64,000 bases of DNA, from positions 15,697,918 to 15,761,917 of the forward strand of contig CM119269.1 in assembly GCA_051294375.1 (NCBI GenBank). The letters are read 5' to 3'. The notes under the pieces are model-generated. The model was given only the letters and a program-made list of their open reading frames with translations. It was not told the DNA's origin and ran no database searches. This document shows, in pieces, positions 34,382-46,510 of this stretch (positions within the stretch are counted from its first letter, which is position 1; every line of letters begins with the position of its first letter). The position numbers were made by a program, and so were the translations under genes. The DNA comes from Paraspadella gotoi. Its lineage: Eukaryota > Animalia > Chaetognatha.

Positions 34382-36477
34382 TTATGTCGACCATGGCTCA
34401 GATCCATCGTTAGTCGTCCAAGCACTACCCATTCCCGGTACGTAAGGACTTGGCCCGAAAGCACTTGACATGTTTAGACCCGACATGTTTTAGACCCGAA
34501 ATGTTTAGACCCGGCATGTTTGGTGCCGACATGTTTGGTGCCGACATGTTTGGTGCTGACATGTTTGGTACCGAAATGTTCAAACCTGACAAGCTAGGAC
34601 CAGACAGGTTCGCACCTGACATGCTAGGACCAGACAGGTTCGCACCTGACATGCTAGGACCAGACAGGTTCGCACCTGACATGCTAGGACCAGACAGGTT
34701 CGCACCTGACATGCTAGGACCAGACAGGTTCGCACCTGACATGCTAGGACCAGACAGGTTCGCACCTGACATGCTAGGACCAGACAGGTTCGCACCTGAC
34801 ATGCTAGGACCAGACAGGTTCGCACCTGACATGCTAGGACCAGACAGGTTCGCACCTGACATGCTAGGACCAGACAGGTTCGCACCTGCATGCTAGGACC
34901 AGACAGGTTCGCACCTGACATGCTAGGACCTGACAGGTTCGCACCTGACAAGGTAAGACCTGACAGGTTCGCACCTGACAAGCTAAGACCTGACAGGTGC
35001 GCACCTGACAAGCTAAGACCTGACTGGTTCGCACCTGACATGCTCGGATCTGACATGTTCGCACCTGACATGTTCGCACCTGACATGTTTGCACCTGACA
35101 TGTTCGCACCTGACATGTTTGCACCTGACATGTTCGCACCTGACATGCTTGGACCTGACATGTTCGCACCTGACATGCGTGGACCTGACATGTTCGCACC
35201 TAACATGTTCGCACCTAACATGTTCGCACCTAACATGTTCGCACCTGACATGTTCGCACCTGACATTCCCGCCCCAAACCCTCCTGGGATCGTCGGGGGC
35301 ATGGGTGGATTAGTCATGCCCATTCCGTAACCGGCTGGCGACCCTTGGGGCGAATAGTGACCTCCCATTCCGGAATACAAGCCTGCAAGCATACCAGGCA
35401 TACCAGGCAAACCAAGAATACCAGGCAAACCGCCTATGGCTCCAATCGCCCCCAAGGCTCTCTGAAAACCGGCGAAGGGTAGTGGAGGCGTGCCACGCCC
35501 TCGCCCCGGGGCATTGGGGCGAATTTCTTTCGCCTGCGCGGACTTGATTTGGACTTTCTTATCGTTGATCAAATGAAATTGTTGCTGGATTGCCTTCAAC
35601 GCGTCTTGAGGGTTCACGAAACTGACGAAGCCGAACCCACGCATTTTCTTTGTCGTCTCGTCGTGCATTAAATCCACCCTTTCGACGGGGCCGAAATTGG
35701 CGAAGTAGGCCGCTATTTGCCCCTCTGTCGTTCCCTCAGCGAGGCCGCCCAAGAAGACTTTCTTGCTGTCGTTGGGCGGAGAGAGCGGGACCGCCCACGC
35801 CGGCGTCCTTTCTTGTTGGGGCTGTACTTCTGAAGAAAAAAAAATGATTTGATTTCCGAGAATTAGACTGCTTGAGATTTAAATTTTTCTTTTTTTTTAC
35901 AAATTTAGTGCGTATGAGGAAAAAAAAAATTTCATTATTGAATTAAAAATACATATATAAAAAATACGGAATGATTTTTATTGCATATTTTATTTCACTT
36001 TTCTGTATGAAAATAACTATCTTCAACTATTTTTTTAAACTTAGCATTCTCATGAAACTACAAAATAAAACATAATCGGTCACAACTCACTCTTCGGGTC
36101 GATCGCTTTGCCGTCTAGGATGTGAGGTTTACAAGCAAAAACTGTAGAGATCGGGTCCTCGTATTTGAAAGTCACGAACCCGAATCCACGCGATCGTCCT
36201 TCCAACGATTTCATCACCTGGCGACAATAAATTGATTTGTAATTTGTTTTTTATACTGCGTAAGAATTAAACAATGTATAGCCGAGTTATTATAGTATTA
36301 TTATATTATTTTTTACGCTGTCGAGTCACTGGCTAATACGGCGCGACACTTCGTTACCTCTAGCCATAAATGTTAAATAGCGAGTTTAAAAATTTTTTAC
36401 CTGCGCAGATTCCACTTCGCCGAATCTTTCAAAATAATTGCGAAAACTTCCATCTGTTGTTTCCCAATTAAGTCCAC
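34382..36477 (-). CDS. Two-RRM RNA-binding protein, DAZAP1/Hrb27C/Musashi family, with C-terminal pentapeptide-repeat tail (copy 1; exons 36401-36477, 36091-36217, 34382-35829; first exon falls in the N gap)
   Basis: GT-AG introns with matching phases (77-nt and 127-nt exons) join to GLNWETTDGSFRNYFERFGEVESAQ|VMKSLEGRSRGFGFVTFKYEDPISTVFACKPHILDGKAIDPK|KVQPQQ..DSKKVFLGGLAEGTTEGQIAAYFANFGPVERVDLMHDETTKKMRGFGFVSF, giving RNP2/RNP1 motifs twice. A G/P/M-rich linker and the repeats follow. One-base indels occur at ~34889 and ~34490. Confidence 0.9.
34466..35266 (-). repeat. Coding 15/30-bp minisatellite encoding ~53 pentapeptides (SGANM/SGANL/SGPSM/SAPNM/SGLNM)
   Basis: 15-bp unit gcacctgacatgttc and a perfect 30-bp higher-order unit atgctaggaccagacaggttcgcacctgac; 12 ctaggacc-containing units in this copy. 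Confidence 0.95.
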
Positions 36478-38396
36478 CTGAACATTGTATAACAAAAATA
36501 TGAGGAATGGCACGTGAGATATTAAGATCAAATTATATATAATTATATTAAAAACTGGGCCAGCGATACAGAATCACAGTATTTACNNNNNNNNNNNNNN
36601 NNNNNNNNNNNNNNNNNNNNNNNNNNNNNNNNNNNNNNNNNNNNNNNNNNNNNNNNNNNNNNNNNNNNNNNNNNNNNNNNNNNNNNNNNNNNNNNNNNNN
36701 NNNNNNNNNNNNNNNNNNNNNNNNNNNNNNNNNNNNNNNNNNNNNNNNNNNNNNNNNNNNNNNNNNNNNNNNNNNNNNNNNNNNNNNNNNNNNNNNNNNN
36801 NNNNNNNNNNNNNNNNNNNNNNNNNNNNNNNNNNNNNNNNNNNNNNNNNNNNNNNNNNNNNNNNNNNNNNNNNNNNNNNNNNNNNNNNNNNNNNNNNNNN
36901 NNNNNNNNNNNNNNNNNNNNNNNNNNNNNNNNNNNNNNNNNNNNNNNNNNNNNNNNNNNNNNNNNNNNNNNNNNNNNNNNNNNNNNNNNNNNNNNNNNNN
37001 NNNNNNNNNNNNNNNNNNNNNNNNNNNNNNNNNNNNNNNNNNNNTGGGGGGGGGGGCTTTTTTCAGTCAGTAACGAACTAAGCGAATATAAAATGAGTAA
37101 GGTGAGCATGAGGAAAGATACATTTAAGCAAGGCAGTGACGAAAGGGTTGACTGACAATCTAGTTAGCGCAATAGTCAAATCAGTTCGAAAAAGAAAAAA
37201 AACAACATTATTGAAGTTAACCATCGTATTGACTTCCCTCGATCAATCTTAACGTCAACGCTGTGATTTTTGTTGTCGTTTTCCTGATGGTCGTTGTCAT
37301 TGTTGGCACACNNNNNNNNNNNNNNNNNNNNNNNNNGGCTCGGCCAACGGGAATGCGACTCTTAATTCTGGAGACCTCTGACACTGGCAGCGCGGAGCTT
37401 GGACTTGGGTCTTTTGGCTTTAAAATTCTTTCCGTGAGAACACTAAGGACTACGGGCCACTATATTTTTAATTTTTTTGCCTCTCAACTCTGGACCTGTG
37501 CTTGGGATTTGGAACAAACAATCTGGGTCTGAAATTGAAAGTGGACTTTGAATTTGTGTCTATGAACTCCGGAATCTAAGCTTCTCTCTCTTTCTTAAAG
37601 TGTGAAAAGGTCTCCGATGACACAGATGACTTTCGTTTTCTCTCAAATTTTACTACTTTTATATAAGATTTTGCATCTTAATCTCTCTGTGTTGTATTTT
37701 TTTTTTCATTAAATCACTTTCACGGTTTTTTTTTCACTGAATCCCATCGATGTACTTGTTGCTTAGATTTGTTTCGGATCTTCTTTATCACATTTTCACG
37801 TCTACGATGTTTAAAAAGAAAGAAAAATCTTCCCCTTGTGTTTTTGTGGGATTCATTCTAATAAATCTTCTCAACCTCTCTTTTTTCTCCTCCTCTCCTC
37901 CTCCTTCTTCTCTTTTTCCTCTTCCTCCTCCTCCTTTCCCTTCCTCCTCCTCAGTTCGACTCCAGTTCCCATATCAAGGCCTCACTCTGGCTCTCCGCGA
38001 CCCTGCACCATAAACGACGGAAACTCTCTCTCTCTCTCTGCATTTGTTATCCTCGAAAATGAGTTTTTTTTCCTTTTCCTCTCTACGCCAATCTCTCTCT
38101 CTCTCTCACTCTCGCTCAGAAAGTAAAATCCGGGAAGTCGTCATTTGTTTACGTGGAATTCTGTTTTTTATTTTAATTTTTAATAACCTTTTGTTGTCGT
38201 TAAAAAACAAAAGTGGTTTTAAAAGTTTTCTCAAGGATTTTTTATTATTCATGATCGCGTTAAAAAAAAAAAAGGGGAGAAAAAAAGAAAAACGATTTAC
38301 CCACACGACTGTTTCGCGCTGGTAGTTTTTTCTAAACCCTTCTCATCTCGCGGGCCAAGTAAGTTGCGACAATTTCGTGAAATATTAAGAAGTGTG

Positions 38397-38432
<36 letters not shown>

Positions 38433-38583
38433 TGAGAGAGAGAGGGAGAGAGAGTTCGGCCTTCCGGTAGTGTTGTGGGAATCGTGATTAGAATATATTA
38501 GCCAAAGTAGTATTTCAAAGCTGGTTGAACGTTGTTAACTTTTTCTGACTTCGGTTAAGCAGCGTAAATTAACAATAAAAAAA

Positions 38584-38867
38584 TCTAAAGCATAAGGAAT
38601 CGAGCCTACTTTTTGATGATAACCAAATATTGATGCGATGATAACCAAATATTGATGCGATGATAACCAATAATTGATGCGATAATAATAAAATAACTGA
38701 TGTGATTGATAATCAAATGATTGATGCGATGATAGTCATCATTGATGTGATGATAATCATGTCATTGATATGATGATAATTCATTCATTGATGCGATGAT
38801 AGTCATATCATTGACGCGATGAGTCATTCATCGTAAATAAAACAGACAAATGCGTGTAATGAATGAA

Positions 38868-38903
<36 letters not shown>

Positions 38904-39608
38904 AGAGTGAGAGGAGGCTGGTCAGTTTCACTCTCGTTTAGTATAAAGTATAATCAGAAGCTGGACCGCCCTGCAGAGCTGAACTCGTTTTTTCGACGTA
39001 TCTGAGTAGGGACGAACTCTTTTCCTTTCCTTTGAATGAAATTTAGATTGTTCTTTTTTTTAAGAGAAACCAGACCGAGGTCAAATTTCCATATTTGCAT
39101 ATTTAACTAATTTTATAAATATTATTCCCAACTCAAATAATTATATTTTAAAAAAGAATAAAAATGATTAAATATATACACTAAAAAAAATTTACAATTT
39201 TAAAATTGTAAAAATTATTAGAATAACAAAAAAAGTAATGTTAATTTGACAATATCTCTCTTCTCAACTCCTATTTTAGATATAATTTGCCCAATAGTGG
39301 GCCGACGGTCCAAAGTTACAGTAATAAACAAAAACAAAAAAAATTTTTTTGTTAGAAGTTATATATGTAATTAAATTAATCCGCGCAATTGCCGGACATA
39401 TAGCAGCTATATGTACAGCAGCAAGCTGAGTCATGTGACATTGCCTGTATTATAAGTTATTTTTCCTTTTTTTCTAAAAGGAATCCATGAAAATTCGGAT
39501 GTAAATTTGGGATTCTTGTATAGGAGAAAAAAAAATAAAATGCGATAATAAAAGTTTTTAGAAGGAAAAAAATTATAAGCAATTTTTCAAAAACGGAAGG
39601 TCGTACAT

Positions 39609-39654
<46 letters not shown>

Positions 39655-39851
39655 AAAAAGTGACTAAAAATTTTTTTTGTAAAAAAATAAAAGAGAGAGA
39701 GAGAGAGAGATAGAGAGAGGCCGGAACTCGTTTACTCGTCGCGCAGTGACAGAGGTAAAAAAAGGTGACTAAAAATTATTTTTGTAACAAAAAAAAAAAG
39801 AGATAGAAAGAGAGAAAGAGAGAGAGAGACAGATAGAGAGAAGATAGATAG

Positions 39852-39888
<37 letters not shown>

Positions 39889-39995
39889 CCGGAACGTGTT
39901 TACTCGTTTACAAGTGAATAATTTTTTTTTTGTAAAAAAAAAAAAAGAGAGAGAGAGTGAGAGAGAGAGGAGAGAGAGAGAGAGAGAAAAGAGAG

Positions 39996-40027
<32 letters not shown>

Positions 40028-41239
40028 CGAGAGAGAGAGAAAGTTTTCCGCCAACGATACGCAATATTAGGTCACTCTTGTTTATATCGGCGTCGATCTC
40101 GGTCAGTTGATTTTTTTATACACGTAACGCGTTATAGGTCATGTTCCTCGACATTGTTTACTCGTTGCCCCGCAACGGCCACGAAATCCAGTGAAGTTAG
40201 TGAGTTCTTCACATTTTCAAAATCTCAGATATAATTTGGATTTTGTATTGAAAAGAAGCGCGGAAATAAATGGCGATAATAAAAGTTTTTAGAAGGAAAG
40301 AAATAATAGAATTTTTCAAAAAACGGTGGTAAAACAAAGTGAATAATTTTTTTTTTGTAAAAAAAAAAAGAGAGAGAGAGAGCAGAGAGAGAGAGAGAGA
40401 GAGAGAGAGACGGAGGAGACGGAGGAGAGAGAGAGCGAGCCTGACTCGTTCTTTTTTGAAAACGATTCAGAAAAGCAGCGCCTGATCAAATATATATGTT
40501 TTTAGAAAGAAAAAAATAATCAGAATTTTTCAAAAAACGAACGATCAACGCAAGAGATCGCACACAAAGAGAGACAGAGAGAAACGAACTCGTTTTTAAA
40601 CGATTCAGAAAGGCAGCGCCTAAAAAAAATATATATAATTAAAAATAAATAAAAGAAAGGCAAAAAATGTTACAATGGTTTACAATTGGAGCTTTTCCAA
40701 TTTTTTCCAATCGCAGCTTGTAAAGACTATTTTTATTTTGTATTAAATTAGATATAGCTTCTCATTAAAAAAATATCCTTTGAGTTCCCATTTTATTAGA
40801 AATTAAAAAAAATTTTTTTGAATTTCATCTTCAATTTATATTACTGCAATAGTAAATTAGCTAAAAGCATTTCTATATACTAATTTTGGGATATAATGAG
40901 TACGTATAATCTCATTTGCATATTGCAGTAAATCATAATGAAGTGAAATTCAAACAAAAAATACTAAATCCAAATGTAATATGAAATATCACAGCTATTT
41001 CAAGATGAAAAGCATATCTAAATTTTTACTTACTATGATCGCACACTTTGTAAAACTTTATCATAATTCATAATAATTTTTATTTAAAAAAAACGGTAAG
41101 TCACAGCCAACCTATAAAAGCGTAGTAGTTTTTAATATCTGGAAAACGCCGTGACCCGACGACGACGACGACGACGTCACAAAGAAGCAACCCTAAAACA
41201 TATAGAGCCTGACCCGGCTTCGCCGGTCAAGGCCTCGAT
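38584..41239 (-). mobile_element. 2.66-kb Helentron-associated non-autonomous element (HINE/DINE-1-like)
   Basis: Absent from locus copy 1 (empty site aacaataaaaacaaatt at ~31314-31330) and inserted in an A/T run without a TSD. The minus-strand 5' end is TT-ATCGAGGCC plus hairpin TGACCGGCGAAGCCGGGTCA, followed by a (GTC)n microsatellite. A 3' subterminal inverted copy AGGCTCGAT lies ~15 bp from the end. Confidence 0.7.
38615..38830 (+). repeat. ~22-bp tandem repeat (tgatgcgatgataaccaaatat) inside the HINE (also ~49957-50172)
   Basis: Repeated tgatgcgatgata.. units that degenerate distally. Confidence 0.8.
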
Positions 41240-41851
41240 AACAAATTAAATTGGAATTCAAATTGATTATATTTTATTCAAACAAACATTTTAAGGGAGA
41301 CTTTAGGGTCATTAGTTCGTGCTGTTTACTTCTTCAGATACCTCTTGATAGTTGTACTGTTGCTCCTTTTTTGTGTGTCTGACTGAATTTTCTTTTAAAA
41401 TAAGATTTATTTCAAATTTTTAAAATCGATTATTCGTTTTTTTCTTCACCTCTCTTCTCACAGTGACATCACGGCTTCAATCGTCATGTTTCGCATCATT
41501 AATCTTTTTTCTCTTTTGCATTCGTTCTTCTCTCTCTCTCTCTCTCTTCTCTCTCTCTTCTCCTTCCTTCCTTAAATGTGCTTTTTGTGTTTCCTTCTAC
41601 TTGACCATAAATCATTTGGACTTCCGCATTCATTTTCTCACTTAGTCTAAATCGAATCCAAATTTATTCTACATTTTATATTCTATATATGAAGTCAATT
41701 TTTTTAAGATAGAAATACAATTTTCATATATTACTTCCTTTTAATTTTTCATTTCCGTACACAAAATCAGAATTTGGTAAAAATTGTTTTGAAAACTAAA
41801 TTTAGACAAATACAAAAGTTATAAAAGAGTGCTTTTAAAATAAAATACATA

Positions 41852-42054
41852 TGAAGAGACAGTAATTATTGTTATATGTTAGTGACAAAGACCGTTCAAT
41901 ATAAGCAGTCCCTGAGCTTCGGAATCAGGCTGTAACACCGTGTTACAGGCGGGTTAAGCGCGCCCCGTCCCTCTTTAACTGCTAGGAGACCACCGGCGAG
42001 AACCAATGGCCGCTGATGAACGGTTGGTGGATTTTTAGTCCACCATACATAACA
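41852..42054 (-). mobile_element. Solo LTR (locus copy 2)
   Basis: Same sequence as 31920-32117. Confidence 0.8.
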
Positions 42055-44330
42055 CATTACATTATAATGTTATAAAAAAGACAATATAATATCTTTTAAT
42101 ACCAAAAAATTTAAATATCCTAATATTAATTTACACAGTCTCGTTTAAAACTTTTGAATAAAGATAGCAACAAGCTCATTCTGCCTCGTGCCACATGCAA
42201 ACCGATATTTCACTGGCATTGTGCCTCATTCGAAATTCCTCCATTTCCACATCGAAGCATAATTTTGAATTTTCCGCGCGATCGACGGATCGAAATAACG
42301 AAGTCGTCGCTCACCAACTCCCATCGAGTCACTTAACGATTCTCCGTTTCCCACTTTTCACTTCACACCCAAAAATAGTAACCACCTTCGCTGCGCGAAC
42401 CAACACACCAACACACCCACCCGCGAGCAAATATCACCCAATTCACTCATTTCTTAACTCCCCGCCTTTCTCCGTGCGCCACCCCCGCCAACTCGCCCAC
42501 TCAAATTTTCACCCTCTCTCTCTTCAACCCGCCCAACATCTCGATTTCTACGCCTACCACCCTCCCACTCTCCACCCCAAAAATCCGGCCGCTTTCTCGG
42601 TTCCGCCCTTCCAAACCAGATGCGCTGTTAGGGGCGCAAATAAATCACGATATGACGCAGTTATTGCGTCTTCTGCGGCGATGACCATAAAAATAGACGG
42701 CGCGCGCCGGTTTCGGGAGAGGGGGCTGGGGAGTTAGTAGAAAAAACGGAGAGGGGGCGGGATGGGTTGGGGTGACCAGTGGCAGGGGTAAGATGCGGCG
42801 AGGAGGTTCGTTGTTTTTTTCGGGAAGCGGTATCAGGTCGAGAACGGTGGTTAATTCGTAAAAGGAGTATTATAGGTATAGTGGTTTTTGGAGCAGCATT
42901 TGAGTGATTAGGAGAAAAAACCACCACCAGAGGAGATGCGCTGGACATTGTGGACAATGTTGCGCGATTGGACGGAGGGTAGAATTTTTGGATTGGGAAG
43001 AAATAATTTTTGTATGGGAATTTCGATAATCGAGCTCGTAAGCGGGCTCGAGATTGGTTGTCAACGTGGGGATTCAAGAAGTAGAGAGCAAGCATTGAGC
43101 AAGAATTGAGCATGATTTTTAATAAAAAAAAATTAGTATTTGATTGGAAAGATAGATGGTATAATAAACGGCGTCGTCGCGCAAAACAGTGAGATTCTTT
43201 AATCATCAGGACACATGAGATCTTTGAGTAGCCTTGGTCACGAGATACACAAGGATCGTCATACGTCTCATTTTTAGCCCCGATTTTCGGTCGTCTTTCT
43301 CTATTATCTTTCCCGCACTAGGTATTTGTATATGTGTAGCTGTTTCTCAGTTACGAACATAAATATAAAATATATAAAATATAAAAGTTTTTATTCACCA
43401 AACCCTTAACTCCTAACTTAATCTTGAACCCTAATAACTAATACTAACTAATTCCTACTCTAACCCCTTACCCTAAACCGAAGTTGCTACCCCTAATCCC
43501 GAACCTAGTTTCCAACCCTAATACCCAACCGGCAAAATATTTACTTTCACCAACCGGGGTTTTAGCGTTTTTTAAAAAAATTAAATTTTATTAAAAAAAA
43601 ATATTTATTTAACCTTAAACCTTCTTAACCCTAACCACCCTAACCCTTAAAATAAACCTTAAAGCCAGGGCGAAAAGGGGGACACCTTCACCTCAGGCAA
43701 AAGAGCCTTGAAGGTGAAAGTAAAATTTAGCCCCTTATTTGTATTCGCTTACCCTACCTTTAATCTTTAAACCCAAAAATTAACGTAATTTTAAATTTTG
43801 GGTATAATAGGGCGTTCTGGGAAAATAGGAAGTGTCCAAGAGATTAACTTTTGTTTCTGTTCGTGTTTTTTTTTGTTTCTTTATCAACGTTTTGATCAAG
43901 TTTGACTAGCAATAAAAAAAACATTGTTTTTGGTGTATTTTAAGGTACAGTAAAATCACTGTCAAAATTGCTGCTCAGAAGCCAGCAACTCTTCGAAAAC
44001 AAACTTTACTACTGATACGTTTAAAATCATACAATATAATTATCTACAAGTGAAAAAAGACAACGAAATAACATATAACAACAAAAAAGGTACACGCAAG
44101 TACCGTAATCGGAAATAAAATTTGATTTAAAAAAAATATATATATATTTTCGTTGCAAAACTAAAAAAAAAAATCAGATATTAACAACGGAACGAAAGCA
44201 AAAATAACAACGTAGAGTAAAAAACCGCAAATAAAAAGTTATCAATAAAATTATTAATTTTCCGAAGAAGTTATAGCAATACAAGTCGACGAAGAACCTT
44301 CTCTTGAAAGTTTTATTTCGCCTCACGGAT

Positions 44331-46510
44331 TTATGTCGACCATGGCTCAGATCCATCGTTAGTCGTCCAAGCACTACCCATTCCCGGTACGTAAGGACTT
44401 GGCCCGAAAGCACTTGACATGTTTAGACCCGACATGTTTTAGACCCGAAATGTTTAGACCCGGCATGTTTGGTGCCGACCATGTTTGGTGCCGACATGTT
44501 TGTGCTGACATGTTTGGTACCGAAATGTTCAAACCTGACAGCTAGGACCAGACAGGTTCGCACCTGACATGCTAGGACCAGACAGGTTCGCACCTGACAT
44601 GCTAGGACCAGACAGGTTCGCACCTGACATGCTAGGACCAGACAGGTTCGCACCTACATGCTAGGACCAGACAGGTTCGCACCTGACATGCTAGGACCAG
44701 ACAGGTTCGCACCTGACATGCTAGGACCAGACAGGTTCGCACCTGACATGCTAGGACCAGACAGGTTCGCACCTGGCATGCTAGGACCAGACAGGTTCGC
44801 ACCTGACATGCTAGGACCTGACAGGTTGGCACCTGACAAGGTAAGACCTGACAGGTTCGCCACCTGACAAGCTAAGACCTGACAGGTGCGCCACCTGACA
44901 AGCTAAGACCTGACTGGTTCGCACCTGACATGCTCGGATCTGACATGTTCGCACCTGACATGTTCGCACCTGACATGTTTGCACCTGACATGTTCGCACC
45001 TGACATGTTTGCACCTGACATGTTCGCACCTGAATGCTTGGACCTGACATGTTCGCCACCTGCATGCGTGGACCTGACATGTTCGCACCTAACATGTTCG
45101 CGACCTACATGTTCGCACCTAACATGTTCGCACCTGACATTGTTCGCACCTGACATTCCCGCCCCAAACCCTCCTGGGATAGTCGGGGCATGGGTGGATT
45201 AGTCATGCCCATTCCGTAACCGGCTGGCGACCCTTGGGGCGAATAGTGACCTCCCATTCCGGAATACAAGCCCTGCAAGCATACCAGGCATACCAGGCAA
45301 ACCAAGAATACCAGGCAAACCGCCTATGGCTCCAATCGCCCCCAAGGCTCTCTGAAAACCGGCGAAGGGTAGTGGAGGCGTGCCACGCCCTCGCCCCGGG
45401 CATTGGGGCGAATTTCTTTCGGCCTGCGCGGACTTGATTTGGACTTTCTTATCGTTGATCAAATGAAATTGTTGCTGGATTGCCTTCAACGCGTCTTGAG
45501 GGTTTCACGAAACTGACGAAGCCGAACCCACGCATTTTCTTTGGTCCGTCTCGTCGTGCATTAAATCCACCCTTTCGACGGGCCGAAATTGGCGAAGTAG
45601 GCCGCTATTTGCCCCTCTGTCGTTCCCTCAGCGAGGCCGCCCAAGAAGACTTTCTTGCTGTCGTTGGGCGGAGAGAGCGGGACCGCCCACGCCGGCGTCC
45701 TTTCTTGTTGGGCGCTGTACTTCTGAAGAAAAAAAAATGATTTGATTTCCGAGAATTAGACTGCTTGAGATTTAAATTTTTCTTTTTTTTTTTTTTTTAC
45801 AAAATTTAGTGCGTATGAGGAAAAAAAAATTTCATTATTGAATTAAAAAATACATATATAAAAATAACGGAATGATTTTTATTGCATATTTTATTTCTCT
45901 TTCTGTATGAAAATAACTATCTTCAACTATTTTTTTAAACTTCGCAATCTCATGAAACTACAAATAAACATAATCGGTCACAACTCACTCTTCGGGTCGA
46001 TCGCTTTTGCCGTCTAGGATGTGAGGTTTACAAGCAAAACTGTAGAGATCGGGTCCTCGTATTTGAAAGTCACGAACCCGAATCCACCGATCGTCCTTCC
46101 AACGATTTCATCACCTGGCGACAATAAATTGATTTGTAATTTGTTTTTTATACTGCGTAGAATTAAACAAGTATAGCCGAGTTATTATAGTATTATTATT
46201 ATTTTTTACGCTGTCGAGTCACTGGCTAATACGGCGCGACACTTCGTTACCTCTAGCCATAAATGTTAAATAGCGAGTTTAAAATTTTTTACCTGCGCAG
46301 ATTCCCACTTCGCCGAATCTTTCAAAATAATTGCGAAAACTTCCATCTGTTGTTTCCCAATTAAGTCCACCTGAACATTGTATAACAAAAATATGAGGAA
46401 TGGCACGTGAGATATTAATATCAAAATTAATATATATTATATTAAAAACTGGGCCAGCGATACAGAATCACAGTATTTACCACCAAATATCTTCCGCTTG
46501 TTGTCTCCAT
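44331..46510 (-). CDS. Two-RRM DAZAP1/Musashi-family protein with pentapeptide tail (copy 2; exons 46481-46510, 46293-46370, 45989-46114, 44331-45722; many indel errors)
   Basis: Same exons as copy 1 plus a first coding exon ATGGAGACAACAAGCGGAAGATATTTGGTG|gt, which gives METTSG+KIF..G leading into GGLNW if one indel is allowed. Confidence 0.85.

Noticed and set aside
34591-34950. Perfect 30-bp repeats as a CRISPR array
   Set aside because: The units are directly adjacent with no unique spacers, lie in frame in a spliced eukaryotic exon, and no cas genes are present.
34450-35330. Antisense ORFs (MLGPDRFAPD)n and alternative-frame (CQVRTCLVLA)n Cys-rich ORFs
   Set aside because: These are by-products of a stop-free 15/30-bp repeat. 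Only the SGAN frame is continuous with the RRM.
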